64,000 nt of DNA from Vicugna vicugna (taxonomy: Eukaryota), in assembly GCA_013265495.1 (NCBI GenBank), contig MU058045.1, forward strand, positions 779,986 to 843,985, written 5' to 3'. Shown one piece after another: positions 11,962 to 23,865 of this stretch. The notes under the pieces are model-generated. The model was not told the DNA's origin and made no database searches. It saw only the letters and a list, made by a program, of their open reading frames with translations. The position numbers and the translations under genes were made by a program. Positions within the stretch are counted from its first letter, which is position 1, and the number at the start of each line of letters is the position of its first letter.

Positions 11962-12113
11962 ACGAGGTCCCAGATGATGCAGGTCCCGTCCGTGCTGGCC
12001 GTGACGCACTCCTCGTTGCTCTTCTTCACCCTGATGCAGGACACGGAGGACTTGTGCTCCTTCAGCGCCTCTTCCAGCTTCTGGGTCTGGTAGCCGATCT
12101 GCCACACCCTCAC
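11962..12113 (-). CDS. CFAP52: CFAP52 exon 11 (VRVWQIGYQTQKLEEALKEHKSSVSCIRVKKSNEECVTASTDGTCIIWDL/V)
   Basis: Acceptor TTCCAG|GTG; donor CGT|GTAGGT; 152 nt. Confidence 0.95.
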
Positions 12114-12549
12114 CTGGAAGTCACAAAGCACAGGCTCTCAATTCACACCTGGGACTTTTGAAGGGGTGGGGAAAAAAAGATTGCAAGAGCTTTCTCACTG
12201 CTGCTGGGATGGACTTGTTTTTCCAATTCCCTGTTCTCATCTCCGTTGAGTGGGCTGGGGGTGCCAAGTTGCAGGGCAGCAATCTTCTTCCACGGAGCCA
12301 GGAGAGCACCACCAGTGACCCTACCGGTGACCCTATGCCTACTTCTACTTTTAGGGCTGAGAAATCGATCAGACACCCGCTGCTAAGACTGATGACACAA
12401 AGGCTGCTGCTAAACCAAGTGAAATAATACGTCTACTCATTTCTGCTGAGAGTTGCTCTCAAATTTCTCGTGCCATCAGGGAATCTCTTGGGTACCCAGA
12501 GCCATATTTAAATTTTCACATCAGCCGCTCACTTTTAACCATTTAAAAT

Positions 12550-12929
12550 CAGTGGTTCTCAACCCCACCAAAGCCAATACCCACTTTCAGTAACAAATAT
12601 TGTCTAGCACCCCTTTGCTATCTTGAAATGAAATCCCTAGCTAACACAACTCCCTATGAACCAAATTTCAAAACAGTCAGTATGATGCCCTGTCATAAAA
12701 AGGGTAAGTAAAAGGAAAGCTATTTGGTCATTATGGTGTGTCCTGTAATGGATAAACGGGCTGTCACAGCTATCCCAGAAAAACATAATAATGTAGTCAG
12801 ATGCTTATGTCTTCTTAAAATGAATGGGCTGGACTTATGAAAAATAAGAAGAGCAGAAATTATTGTGTGGAAGTGGTGTGAGACAATGGAAGAGCGTAGT
12901 CCAGGGAAACACTGCACTGAAAACCAGTG
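12550..12929. mobile_element. hAT-Charlie-type non-autonomous DNA transposon
   Basis: Terminal inverted repeats CAGTGGTTCTCAA ... TGAAAACCAGTG. Confidence 0.5.
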
Positions 12930-13908
12930 TTGGGATCAGTAATGACAGACAAAGTTATCTGTACCTGCCAGGAGGAAAATAACCTTCAACGGAGTAAGGA
13001 AAACATTCTGAGACACTTTCTTTGTCATGAAGATGAGGAAGCAGGCGGTTACCCCAAGTGAGCTGGGTGGTCTTCATTTCTGTGGTGCCCAAATAATTCC
13101 CTATGTCTCGACATGGGGCAGGTTGATGACTATTGCCAAAGAAAACAAATCACCGATCCTGGAATCTCACCCTGGGTGCAGGCATTCATTTCCATTCGTT
13201 AGCAAGGGTGATGTGCAAATGTTCTAACTAGTGGGGTGGATCCGTGGATGTGCTGGGCATGAGCCCTTTAGTTGTGGGATGGCAGGGGGATTTAGGTATA
13301 AAGTAGTGGGATTAGGGTCTTCGCAACACAACTAATGGCTGCTTACCAATGAAAATGGAAGTAAGATACCTAAGAGTATTTTGGCAACTGCTGCATTCAG
13401 ACCGGTGCATACCTGCGGCCCAGCAGCCCTGGTCGCTAGTACTTACAGAGGTCTTGAAGACTGTCTCTTGGAAGGAAAGATCTGTAATAGCTGTGGGGAG
13501 TGGGAGGGGAAAAGACTGCTGTGCAGGGATGAGGGCAATGAACTTGTTACGTGTGATTTCCTCCCAGGCAGTGGGACTCCAGGACACAAACACTCCACTA
13601 CTAATTGGCTTGGTCCAAACTCTGCCAAAGGCTACAGGAAGATGCTGTATCTTTCTTCCTAGTTATTCCTATGATAGCATGGAGAAAAGAAAGGAAAAGG
13701 AGACATCCTATGTCGAAAAAGGGAAGGCTTTGGGATAGGAAACAAGCGGGGGGTGGGGTGGGGGAGGGGAGACTCTGAGATGAATGTGTGAAAGATGTTT
13801 TAGGCTCCTTGAAATGATGGAAAGAAAAGGTTGAGTGTAATAATTTTAAAATGATGGTCAAAGCATCTGGGTAGATTAAAGAATTGATTCTAAAAATAGC
13901 ATCTCCTT

Positions 13909-14567
13909 GCTTTAAAAAACTAAAAATAGAGTTACCATATGATCCAGCAATCCCACTCCTGGGCATACATCCAGAAGGAACTCTAATTCAAAAAGATACA
14001 TGCACCCCAATATTTATAGCAGCCCTATATACAATAGCCAGGACATGGAAGCAACCTAAGTGTCCACTGACAGATAACTGGATAAAGAAGATGTGAATAT
14101 ATACATACACACAAGGGAATATTACTCAGCCATAAAAAAAGAATGAAATAATGCCATTTGCAGCAACATGGATGGACCTAGAGATTATCATACTAAGTGA
14201 AGAAAGTCAGACAGAGAGATAAATACCATATGATGTTGCTTATATGTGGAATCTTAAAAAAAATGATACAAATGAACTTATTTACAAAACAGAAAGAGAC
14301 CCACAGACATAGAAAACAAACTCATGGTTACCAAAGGGGAAAAGGGTGGGAGGAGGGACAAATTAGGAGTTTGGGATTAGCAGATACAGACTACTATACA
14401 TAAAATAGATAAACAACAAGGTTGATAGCACAGGGAACTACATTTGATATCTTGCAATAACGTATAATGAAAAAGAATAAGAAAATATATATATAACTGA
14501 AACACTATGCTGTACACCAGAAACTAACACAACATTGTAAATCAACTAGACTTCAATTAAAAAAAAG
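13909..14567 (+). mobile_element. 5'-truncated L1 (ORF2 C-terminus + 3'UTR + A tail) with target-site duplication
   Basis: KKLKIELPYDPAIPLLGIHP...CTPIFIAALYTIARTWKQPKCP = L1 ORF2 C-terminus. TSD AATAGCATCTCCTT (13895-13908) / AATAGGATCTCCTT (14568-14581). Confidence 0.92.
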
Positions 14568-14917
14568 AATAGGATCTCCTTTAAAAGATAAAGACAATTT
14601 ATGTAACTATAGTTTTTGAAGGAAAAAATTATTCCAAAATTCTAGCAAAACACCAACTTGGAGTCCCAGCTTGATTCCATATGGAACACTTTCATGTCTG
14701 TATCCTAAATGTCCTTTCAGGGAACAAGTATATTTAAAGGTGTATTTATAGTAGTAGAACTTTCATGTGTGATATGTTTTAGGGGTTCATCACAATCTGA
14801 ATTTGGTCCTACCTGACTTCAAGTACAGGCGAAAAGCATCAAATTAGTAGCCTGCTATGAGGCAGCTGCTCTGAATCAAGGGCTATTTTTAAAAGGCTCT
14901 GCCTTGGAGAACCATAC

Positions 14918-15063
14918 CTCCCCTTCCCCACCGCCGCTGATGACCCTTTGACAGTCACTGGTGGTGGCGATGGCTGTCACTCCGATCCTGTGGGCATTGT
15001 TAATGACATACATCAGCCGGCCTGTCTCTGGGGCGAAGGCTCGGATTTTACCGTCGTCCCATG
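14918..15063 (-). CDS. CFAP52: CFAP52 exon 10 (WDDGKIRAFAPETGRLMYVINNAHRIGVTAIATTSDCQRVISGGGEGE)
   Basis: Acceptor TGCCAG|CA; donor GAG|GTATGG; 146 nt. Confidence 0.96.
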
Positions 15064-15797
15064 CTGGCATGAAAAGAAGACAAAAGGCAAGCAGGATCAG
15101 TGTACTCATGCTCTCTGCGGACTGCAGGTCTCCTAAATCATAAGTGAGAGACAGACCTGGGGGCAGCAGGGGTGATGGCCAGAAGAGGCTGGGCTCCCAC
15201 CAACTGCCGGGAATCGTGCCCCTCTTTTCCCTGATTCCCCCAATTGGCACACCTGGCTGAGGGAAATGAGTGGCTTGCCTTCGTGGAAACTGCCTCCAGG
15301 TGCATCCCACTCCAGGAGAGAGAAAGTTGGGGAGGCCAGCTCCCACCTCTCCCGTGAGCTGCAAAACTTGCACATTCAACTAACTAGCTGATATTGCATC
15401 TCGGATGTGTGACTCAGTATCATCGACAAATAAATGTTGGCTTCCCGCCCCTCGCCCTACCCTGAAACCTATGCTCCTTCTCCCACTCCCACCACCTGCC
15501 CCTTCTCAATAAAAGTTGCCACCATCCATTTTGTAAGTGAAGCATGGCGTTTCCTTGCTAGCGAGAAAGCAACGTGCCAAATGCAGCAATTGGGGGGAAG
15601 AGAAATTGCTATTTGGTAATTCCTAGCTCAGAAAGTATCCCGCTGGAAAGGAATCCCCAAGAGAGGCCAGACCAGTAGTAAGTGGACAGTGGGAGGCTGT
15701 TCTGGGTCACCCCCACGCAGACACTAGTCGAATGAGAATGATGAGACCCAAAGCCACAGCCAGAGCCAGAGGCCAAGTCCCAGTACGGCGCCGTTAC

Positions 15798-15946
15798 CAG
15801 AAATGATGCTCTTGCCGTCTCTCATGAAATCGATGCCGTGGCAGGTCATGTTGGGCATGGTGATCCGCAGCAGCTCTCTGTTAGACAGCGTGTGCCACAC
15901 CCGGATGTCCTTCTTGGCACAGGTGGCAAACAGCTCAGCAGTGCCA
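15798..15946 (-). CDS. CFAP52: CFAP52 exon 9 (GTAELFATCAKKDIRVWHTLSNRELLRITMPNMTCHGIDFMRDGKSIIS/A)
   Basis: Acceptor TTGTAG|T; donor CTG|GTAACG; 149 nt. Confidence 0.96.
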
Positions 15947-16218
15947 CTACAAAGAAGCCACCGGGAGAATAAGAGATGCAGCCATAAGACGCGCACAGTG
16001 TTTCTTAGGTGCGTGTTTGACATGGACAGGGGCTCCACGAGGATACAGGGGAGGATGCCTTTTAGACCCCTATTATCTCGGGCTTGACACACTTACAGAT
16101 TTCTCGTGTAAAATGGTCTTTGGTGCCCGCAAATCATCTGTGGACAATCTTTTGTAGTCTTTCCTCTAAGGAAGGGTTGGGACAAAGGTGCCCAAAAGGA
16201 AAATGTCAAAAGTCTTCT

Positions 16219-16349
16219 GGGGGAGGGTATAGCTCAGTGGTAGACTGCATGCCTCGCATGCACAAGGTCCTGGGTTCAATCCCAGTCCCTCTATTTAAAT
16301 AAATAAATAAAACCTAATTACACCCCCCCACAAAGAATTAAAAATAAAA
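16219..16349 (+). mobile_element. tRNA-Ala-derived SINE (camelid Vic-1-like)
   Basis: GGGGAGGGTATAGCTCAGTGGTAGA...GGTCCTGGGTTCAATCCC head with A and B boxes, then aaataaataaaacctaattac-C-run-A-rich tail. Confidence 0.85.
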
Positions 16350-17361
16350 CTCTTTCAATGTCCTGCTGACCGAAGGATAGCATGCAACTCGTGAGCTAAA
16401 CTACATCTGCAGTGTATCTATATTAAGAGGCTAAACAAACCATTTCTTGTAAAATAGACAATCCCGTTAAAATTTCAAAGACGAAAATGACAAGGGTGCC
16501 AGAAGTCATTCTTGCTGATAACCTAAAATATTTTTTCGCTCAGTGATGAGGAAATATGAGATTGTGGACAAGGAAGAGAATCCCAGAGTAATTGCTCTGT
16601 TGGTTGGTTGGTTTGTTTTCGCCAGAAAGGATAACTTGTAAATATAATGAAAAATACTGATAGGTCAAAAAAAATACAGATGATTCTGATTTGGATGAGA
16701 ACAATAAGCCCTACCAGGGTATAACAGAGACCACCTGCTCTGCGAATATGACGTTCTAGCTACAGTCCCTGCGGAGACTGGGCTTTTAGATTTAAATACT
16801 TCTCAAGAAATTTCTACCTATCACAGCACAAGCACGTTTGTCAAAAGAGAGCCCCTCTCTCTTTTTTTAAGATCTACTCACTTTGGAATTAATGGAAAAA
16901 TAAGTGGATCCTTCCCACCTATTTAGCTTTGGGGCTCAGAGATAATATTATGATGTGGAACTTGTTTCTTAGAAACAGCAAATGCTGGAACAGGAGAGCA
17001 GGAGCTCCTTGCCAGGCAGTCTTGATTAACAGAGATCAAATCCAGCCAGCATTAGAGTGTTTATATTTATTTGAAATAAGATGTTTTAGATCAGACGCTG
17101 CCTTCAGTGAATGAGCTCCTCCTTGGGGGAACGTGAGCTCTTAGAGGCACATGGACTCCTGTGAAAATCACGTATCATGGAATGAACGGCCCGAGAGAAC
17201 TTTCCAAACTCTCCCTATCCTGATAGACAGGCTACTTCAGGAATTAAGTCTAGTCCAAAAATGCCCTTAGGTTAGCATCGGAGAGATTAAGCTCCAAACT
17301 GACTGGATCGAGACGATGCACTGAGTACATGTGCTCCTTCCCTCTCATCTAAAATGCCCAT

Positions 17362-17880
17362 CTACAGATGAATGGATAAAGAAGATGTGGTGTACATATA
17401 CAATGGAATATTACTCAGCCATAAAAAAGAATGAATGCCATTTGCAGCAATATGGATGGACCTACAGATGATCATATTAAGTGAAGAAAGCCAGATAGAG
17501 ACAAATATCATATGATATTGCTTATATGTGGAATCTAAAAAAAAAGGTACAAATTTTATTTGCAAACCAGAAATAGACTCACATACATAGAAAACCAACT
17601 GTGGTTACCAGTGAGGAAAGGGGCGGGGGAGGGACAGTTTAGGAGTTTGGGATTAACAGATACACACTATGATACATAAAACGGATAAACAACAAGGACC
17701 TACTGTATAGCATAGGGAACTATAGTCAATGTTTTGTAATGAGCCATAATGGAAAAGAAACTGAAAATATATGTATGTATGTATATGTATAACTGAATCA
17801 TTTTGCTGTACACCTGAAACTAACATTGTAAATTGACTATGCTTCAATGACAAATAAGAATAAAAATAAATAAAATCCTA
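17362..17880 (+). mobile_element. 5'-truncated L1 (ORF2 end + 3'UTR)
   Basis: acagatgaatggataaagaagatgtgg...atgccatttgcagcaatatggatggaccta..., same family as the 13909 copy; A-rich tail. Confidence 0.9.
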
Positions 17881-18552
17881 TGAAATAAAGATAGAGATAA
17901 GGGCGACAGAGGCACAGAGAGCGAGCCCTAGAGGTAAGGGCAGATGTAAATATAAATGTGTAGATACACATATTGTTTCCTTAATAATACAGGAAAGCAG
18001 GAAGTATTATCATCAGACAGGCCAGAAACACTGAGGATAAACAGTAATCAGCCAGATTTGGCAAAACTAATCAAATCGGCCATCAACAAATGGCAAACTA
18101 TGACTGCAGATCTTTTTGACATTAAAACTGCGGATGGTTATTTGTTCCATTGGTTTCACGAGCAATTTACCGAGATACACAGCAACTAGATCCAGACGAA
18201 CTCAAATCTTCTGCCTACTGCCAAATCTGGAAGACCCAAGAGGCGCAAACAGATGAGTCGAAAGGCCTTTGAAGAAAGGCACTACTGAGCTTTTCTCCAG
18301 ACGCCACTGAGAAAACAGAAAAGTTCTGCCAGTTTCTTACCTTATCCACGATAGACTTATTAGAAAAGCCAACATTCTAAAGAGGCCCAAATCTGAACTA
18401 TAAAACGAATGTAGCTGCTTGGTAGAGGCAATAGAAAGTTTGTTAAAATAATTCACTACCACAGACAAATTTAAGGAGAGAAAGACAATAATTCATTATG
18501 CTTTATCATGATGATGCTAATAGGCATTGGAAATGTATTAATTTCTACTTAC

Positions 18553-18723
18553 AATGGAAAGACAATGTCCTCGACAGCTTCAAAGTGACAAGTTGTAATG
18601 AGAGTCTCTTTGAAATCTGTGAAATTGACACGATAAATGTGCGATTCTTCTGTTCCTACAAAGAACTGGTGTCCTTCCCCTCGAAGTGTGATGGAAGTGA
18701 TGCCACCTTGTAACTGGATTTTC
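18553..18723 (-). CDS. CFAP52: CFAP52 exon 8 (KIQLQGGITSITLRGEGHQFFVGTEESHIYRVNFTDFKETLITTCHFEAVEDIVFP/F)
   Basis: Acceptor TTAAAG|G; donor ATT|GTAAGT; 171 nt. Confidence 0.96.
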
Positions 18724-20145
18724 CTTTAAGGAGAAGCAAGAGGTGAAGTAGATTTACTCAATGAATGAGTGTATTAACCAGCTGAAGAATTACGGAGGAT
18801 GTACGTTAGGCACGTGACCCAGGACACGCCTTCAAGGAGGCGACCCAGTCGGGAAGGCAGGAGTTACTCACAATATGAAGTGCCCACAGTGGGCCAAGGG
18901 TTGCAGGAATCAGGGGAGCTTATCAGTGAGATTTGTCTGAAACAGGTAGGATTTAGATGGGGGAACACTCCAGGCAAGCAGATGGGCACACATGACCATG
19001 GCATTTAAACACTCTATTAATTCCATTTGTGGGGAATAACCCTAAAATCGGGGGGGGGGGACCTTTATGCCAAAGGACAATGTTATAAATTTATTTAACA
19101 GAATAAAAGGTTGGAAACCACCTAAATATCCAATTGTAATGGAATGGTTCCATGATCCATGGGGCAGCGACTTCAAAGAATATTTGCCTAGCCATTAAAA
19201 CCATGTTTAAAAGGTTATAGAGTATATGTATTTTACCATCATAATTTGAAAAAGGTTGTGTGGTAATATCAAAAACATTTATCACGTATGTGTTAACTAA
19301 AATACCAGAATACCAAAATTTTGTATAAAAATAAGTATAATTATTTTAAAATGTATGTAAGTAACACAAGCAAGAAGAAATAATAAAAGGTCAATGGTGG
19401 CCATCTTCGCCAAAATTTTCAGCAATTATTTTGTCTTCTTTCACGTTTCAGAGATTTCAGATCCCCCTGCTCCCTAAATGTTTAGAGTATAAACTTCCTG
19501 AAAAATGAATATATAAATGAACGGGGCCCTAGACACCAAACCTTGCTCTGCAACTAACTTAGTTTTGACAATGAGAATTTGGTGGCGGTCCTTTTGCAGC
19601 GAACCTGCATGGAAAATGTAGTAGTTTACAAAGAGTCATTTGTTGGTGGGACACAGGACAGTTCATGAAGAAAAGGATGGACCCCAAGTCACATCCCCCT
19701 CCTTCACTAACCGGAGCTCTGGGGCTCTGGCTAAGCTGTCAGAAACCTCTGGGCCTTGGTTTACTCAACCACAGAATAACTCTCCTATGTAGGGTTGCCA
19801 TCGAGATTAGAGACAGTGGAGGTCACCTACATGAGCCCAGAGAGGACATCTGGGCTGCAGAGAAGACAAGGTGCTTGGGGTCCCGGGCCTCCAGGGGCAA
19901 GGCCAGGACTCTCGCCCTGGTTCCCTTTGGAGTCTCCGTGACATCTCACGTGAGCTGCTTCCTCGGTCTACTCAGACCCGAGGAGGAGGTCACGGTATCC
20001 AATTTGAGCCTCGCTGCCAGTCACACAGGCTTATTTTGGAGACATTTATAGCACAAGCCTGGTAATAATTACTTCGAGTCCAATTACCTTCATCACAATG
20101 GGAACATTTGTGTGTTGAAAACAAGGGGTTAAAAATTAAAGGGTT

Positions 20146-20323
20146 GTATATAAAATGGATACACAATAAGGTCCTACTATATAGCATTGGGAACTATATT
20201 CAGTATCTTGTAATAGCCTATAATGCAAAAAATATGAAAGTATGTATGTATAACTGAATCACTATGCTGTACACCAGAAACACTTTATAAACCAACTATA
20301 TTTCAATTAAAAAACATATATAT
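20146..20323 (+). mobile_element. Short L1 3' tail insertion with perfect 12-bp TSD
   Basis: TSD AATTAAAGGGTT at 20134-20145 and 20324-20335; body matches the 3' end of the 13909 L1. Confidence 0.88.
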
Positions 20324-20499
20324 AATTAAAGGGTTAATTTATTCTACTCACTTTATGTATCCAGAGTCTACTCAACGTTGTTCTTAAGTTGCCCCCCACC
20401 TCTTATTCCCCTTCATACAAACATAAAACTGGTCCCAATATATTCTCAGTAAGACCTATCCTGAGCATTGAATTTTAAGTTGCAACTTGTCTCTTACCT

Positions 20500-21120
20500 A
20501 CTTCAAATCCCACCCCCTCTGACTCTACATGCTACTCCATTCATCTCCATTGCACTCATCACTCTTTCATACTATGTACCTTACTTGTTCATTTTGCTTA
20601 TTATTTATTGTCTCCTCCCTCCTGCTGGGATGTAAGCTCCATGAGGGCAGGGGTGGGTCTTTTCTTTTTTTTTCTTTGCTTTATTCATTGATATCCCAAG
20701 CACCTAGAATAGTGCCTCGTACACAGTGAGTGCCCAATACAGATGTGTTTGCATGAAGACAATGGATGCTCATTTCTCCAATGCATATGCGGGTACACAG
20801 AGCTCAGAGGCGGGGGGGGGGGAGCATATCAAGGGGTGTCTGGCTTCCTTTGAAGCTAAGTTCAAGTTCTGCCCCTGCTCCTCTGAAAAGCGAAAGCATC
20901 TTTCTCTGATTCTCTCTGAATGTCCATGGTATATTTTACACTATCTAGATCATGAGATTTGTATTTATATATCACCTTATATTATAGTGACTTTCTCATG
21001 TGTCCCCACACCAGACTGTAAGTTCTGGGCGGGCAAATACATATCCTATTTTTCTTTATCTTTTTTGATAGCATCTAATACATCAGTTTGGATGGAGAAG
21101 TACTCAATAAATACTTGTTA
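20500..21120 (+). mobile_element. L2 LINE 3' end fragments (two)
   Basis: gatgtaagctccatgagggcagg...atcccaagcacctagaatagtgcct; cactgt/ccagactgtaagttct...tactcaataaatacttgtt. Confidence 0.65.
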
Positions 21121-21635
21121 GTGACAATGTATAAGATTTTATTTTAATTAGACAAGCCATGAAAAGTACATAGCATAACAGCCGGCATATAGAAACAGCT
21201 GGGACATGCTGGCTATCTGTATGAAAACCTGTATTTGAATACATTAACTACTAGCATAGTACGTGGCACAAAGTAGGTACCCATTGCATAATAAATTTCA
21301 TTAAGTAAATCAAATTTGAAAGTTTGAAATTTGGGGTTATTGTTTATAAGTTTATAACAGCACATTTTTCTCTGGCATAACTCACTGTATTAGTTAAATC
21401 ATAACTTACGCATTTATTATACGTAACAATGGACTACTTGGACTAATTCAACATAAGCCACAGTCTTTTCATTGGCAAAACCCACCACCCCATTGTGATT
21501 CCAACTACTCGTTTTAACAGCAAGATGAGATTCTTTAACTACACATCACTTTGCCAATATCCCATAGTTGCTGGCTTTAAGCTAACCTCCTAGAGGGTCT
21601 CTCCCCATCCAAACCCTGTGGGGCCTGGAACTTAC

Positions 21636-21736
21636 TTGATGGCTTTGTAGCTGGGGCTTTTACAGAAGACCAGCAATCCGGCTCCAGAGCCCACCAGTAA
21701 CTCCCCCATCTTCAGGCACTTGATGGCTGACACTCC
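21636..21736 (-). CDS. CFAP52: CFAP52 exon 7 (GVSAIKCLKMGELLVGSGAGLLVFCKSPSYKAI/K)
   Basis: Acceptor GCCTAG|GG; donor CAA|GTAAGT; 101 nt. Confidence 0.95.
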
Positions 21737-22291
21737 CTAGGCGGAGACAGAGCATTAAGAAAAAGGCAGAACAGTTTCATCGTAAAGAATCTGTGTGTGA
21801 CCTGATAAACGGCCAGGGCCATGCTGATGCTGCCTGGCTGGAGCTAAGGAAGGTACTGCCTGTGATGTCCCCCCGGGCTGGGCTACCGAGCTGGGGTGCC
21901 AGGAAGGAGCCCTCCTGCTCCTGCCAGGAGCAAACATACTTCACCAAGCTTCCTACCTTTAAAACCGCCTGTGCATTTTGAATATACTAAAAATTACCAC
22001 TTCATGCCCCCTCGAATGCAGTTCGAGCAGAAGGCATGAGCACAGCCACAGCAGTGGCAGCTCCTGAGTTGCCACTGTTTTCGTCAAGACTTAATTCTCA
22101 CCATACAAAGAGACCACATTTGAAATCCAAAGAAAGCACAGGCGACTCCTTATTGCTTAGAGACTGCATTTTCTGAACTAAAGCATGCAGTACATAATGT
22201 TACCAATAATAGGAAACAGATTTAAATTCAAAGCCATCTTCAAAGTTTGGGGACGTATGGCCATTTAATGGCACCCACCATGAAGCCCTAA

Positions 22292-22365
22292 TTTTATTTT
22301 ATTAATTTGTTTTTTAGTGGAGGTGCTGGGGATTGAATTCAGGACCTCGTGCACGCTAAGCATGC
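22292..22365 (-). mobile_element. 5'-truncated tRNA-Ala-derived SINE
   Basis: Reverse complement gcatgcttagcgtgcacgaggtcctgaattcaatccccagcacctcca plus A-rich tail. Confidence 0.75.
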
Positions 22366-22409
22366 TAGAAAATGGCAAGGCAGAGCAGACTTAGATCGTC
22401 TCTACTCAC

Positions 22410-22526
22410 CAGACTGAATTTGTCCTTCACAGGCCCAGTGTCCACCAACAGTTTAGTCCTGGGGTTCATCTTTAGAATATCTCCAGTGGTGGTGCCAAGG
22501 TAGAAGAAGCTATCGTCATTGGCCAT
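22410..22526 (-). CDS. CFAP52: CFAP52 exon 6 (MANDDSFFYLGTTTGDILKMNPRTKLLVDTGPVKDKFSL)
   Basis: Acceptor CCCCAG|ATG; donor CTG|GTGAGT; 117 nt. Confidence 0.96.
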
Positions 22527-23387
22527 CTGGGGAGCAGAGAGAAAAAGAAACGCGAGGACCTGGCTTTCCCCAGGGGTGCTCACAAACCCCTGATCAGGGA
22601 CAGGGTGAGCTTCCTCTGAACCCCATGGAGACCTACAAAGGTACTCAGGGTGACTTATGCATTTTCAGACTCAAAGATGGGTAAGAGCAGCTTTGAAGGG
22701 AGCAGAATCAGGGCCAACTCAGAACTGGAGGAAATATTAGACTCTACTCAGCCTGGGCGTTTCACTGGACGTGGCCCTGTGTCTGATGTTAGTGTGCACA
22801 TCCCAAGACACCTCCCACGGGCTCCTAGGATGAAGGTGTGCTCCTCCAGAAAGAATATGCATTCGCTTTCTCTCATGTTTTCCAAAGTCTACATTCATAA
22901 AATGAGTCTATGCATTAAACAAGAGGAGTGAGTCAATGGAGGATGGGGTTACAGGCACGGATGTCTGAATCCACACTAGAAACATATGAATACTTCCTCT
23001 TTATGCAGAAGACTGCAGTTCAACAAGAAGTTTCATTGTTAGAGAACTATTTCCAGCACAGAAAGAAAGTGACATAGAGATTGTGTGGGCTCGGGGTGCC
23101 TCCTGGCTACACTGCTTCCCTTTAGGTGAGGCAGGTTTCTGGGGTCAAACCGCAGTCCAGGTCCCACTAAAACAGACCTAACAGCTGTGTCTAGACAGCG
23201 CCGCTCTAGCTTCCCACTGGAGCCCCCAAAGTGAGACTCTCCCTCTTCCAAACCTCACCTCTGCACCCCCAGCCCAAGGTGCACATATGTACACACACGT
23301 ACACTCACACACACACCTATCTGGTCAGTACCATTAATAGGAACGTGTACTAACGTTACCTAAGATAACACTTTGAGTGATACTCAC

Positions 23388-23487
23388 TGCAACACTCAAC
23401 ACTATTCTTTTCATCTGTCCTGTTTGGCACTCGATGGGCCAGATCTTTCTATTTGGGAGATCCAGTTCCCACACTCGAATGGTCCCA
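23388..23487 (-). CDS. CFAP52: CFAP52 exon 5 (GTIRVWELDLPNRKIWPIECQTGQMKRIVLSVA)
   Basis: Acceptor CTGCAG|T; donor GCA|GTGAGT; 100 nt. Confidence 0.96.
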
Positions 23488-23637
23488 CTGCAGAAAAGGA
23501 ACATAATCAAATGGAGACCCACTGAATAAACACTTCATCTCTTCTCTGTTTTCTGCTCTCTCCTGAAGGAGAAGCAGAAAGGAAGAGAACTAGGTATTTT
23601 TGAGAATTTGTTACGGCCTGGTGACCTAGCTAAGATA

Positions 23638-23865
23638 CAGTCGTCACTTAGTATCCACAGGGAATAGGTTCCAAGACCCGTTGTGGACACGAAAATACAC
23701 GCATGCTCAAGGCCAATAGGCGGCCCTCCTCCGTATTCGCTGGTTCTGCACCCGCGATTCCGCACTCGAAGACTGTACCAACCGCGGATCGCACGCACAG
23801 TGCGTGGTGCGCAGTTGGGTGAATCCGCGGATGCGGAACCGGGGATCGCGAGGGCGGTTCGCATT
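23638..23865. mobile_element. MER2/MER8-like (Tigger-derived) MITE, unusually CpG-rich
   Basis: Starts TA|CAGTCGTCACTTAGTATCCACAGGGAATAGGTTCCAAGACCC and ends ...gaatccgcggatgcggaacc..gatcgcgagggcgg, typical Tigger2-family ends. Confidence 0.7.

Larger units (their letters stand above)
16050..18480 (+). mobile_element. Highly decayed ancient non-LTR retrotransposon (RTE-X/L4-like) RT and C-terminal region, interrupted by a SINE and an L1
   Basis: Collinear frameshifted motifs: ILADNL (16508-16525, like YADD), ILPT..GSEI (16908-16944), QRSNPA (17030-17047), NLLPTAKSGR (18205-18234), TEKFCQFL (18315-18338). Confidence 0.5.

Noticed and set aside
16560..17230. Endogenous bornavirus nucleoprotein-like element (NKPYQG, FGAQ, TEIKS, ARENFPN resemble NRPSHG, SYAQ, YEIRD, APRSFPN)
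   Set aside because: Spacing between motifs is consistently longer than in bornavirus N as I recall it, and the same stretch fits LINE RT motifs in the right order. A frameshift-aware blastx would settle it.
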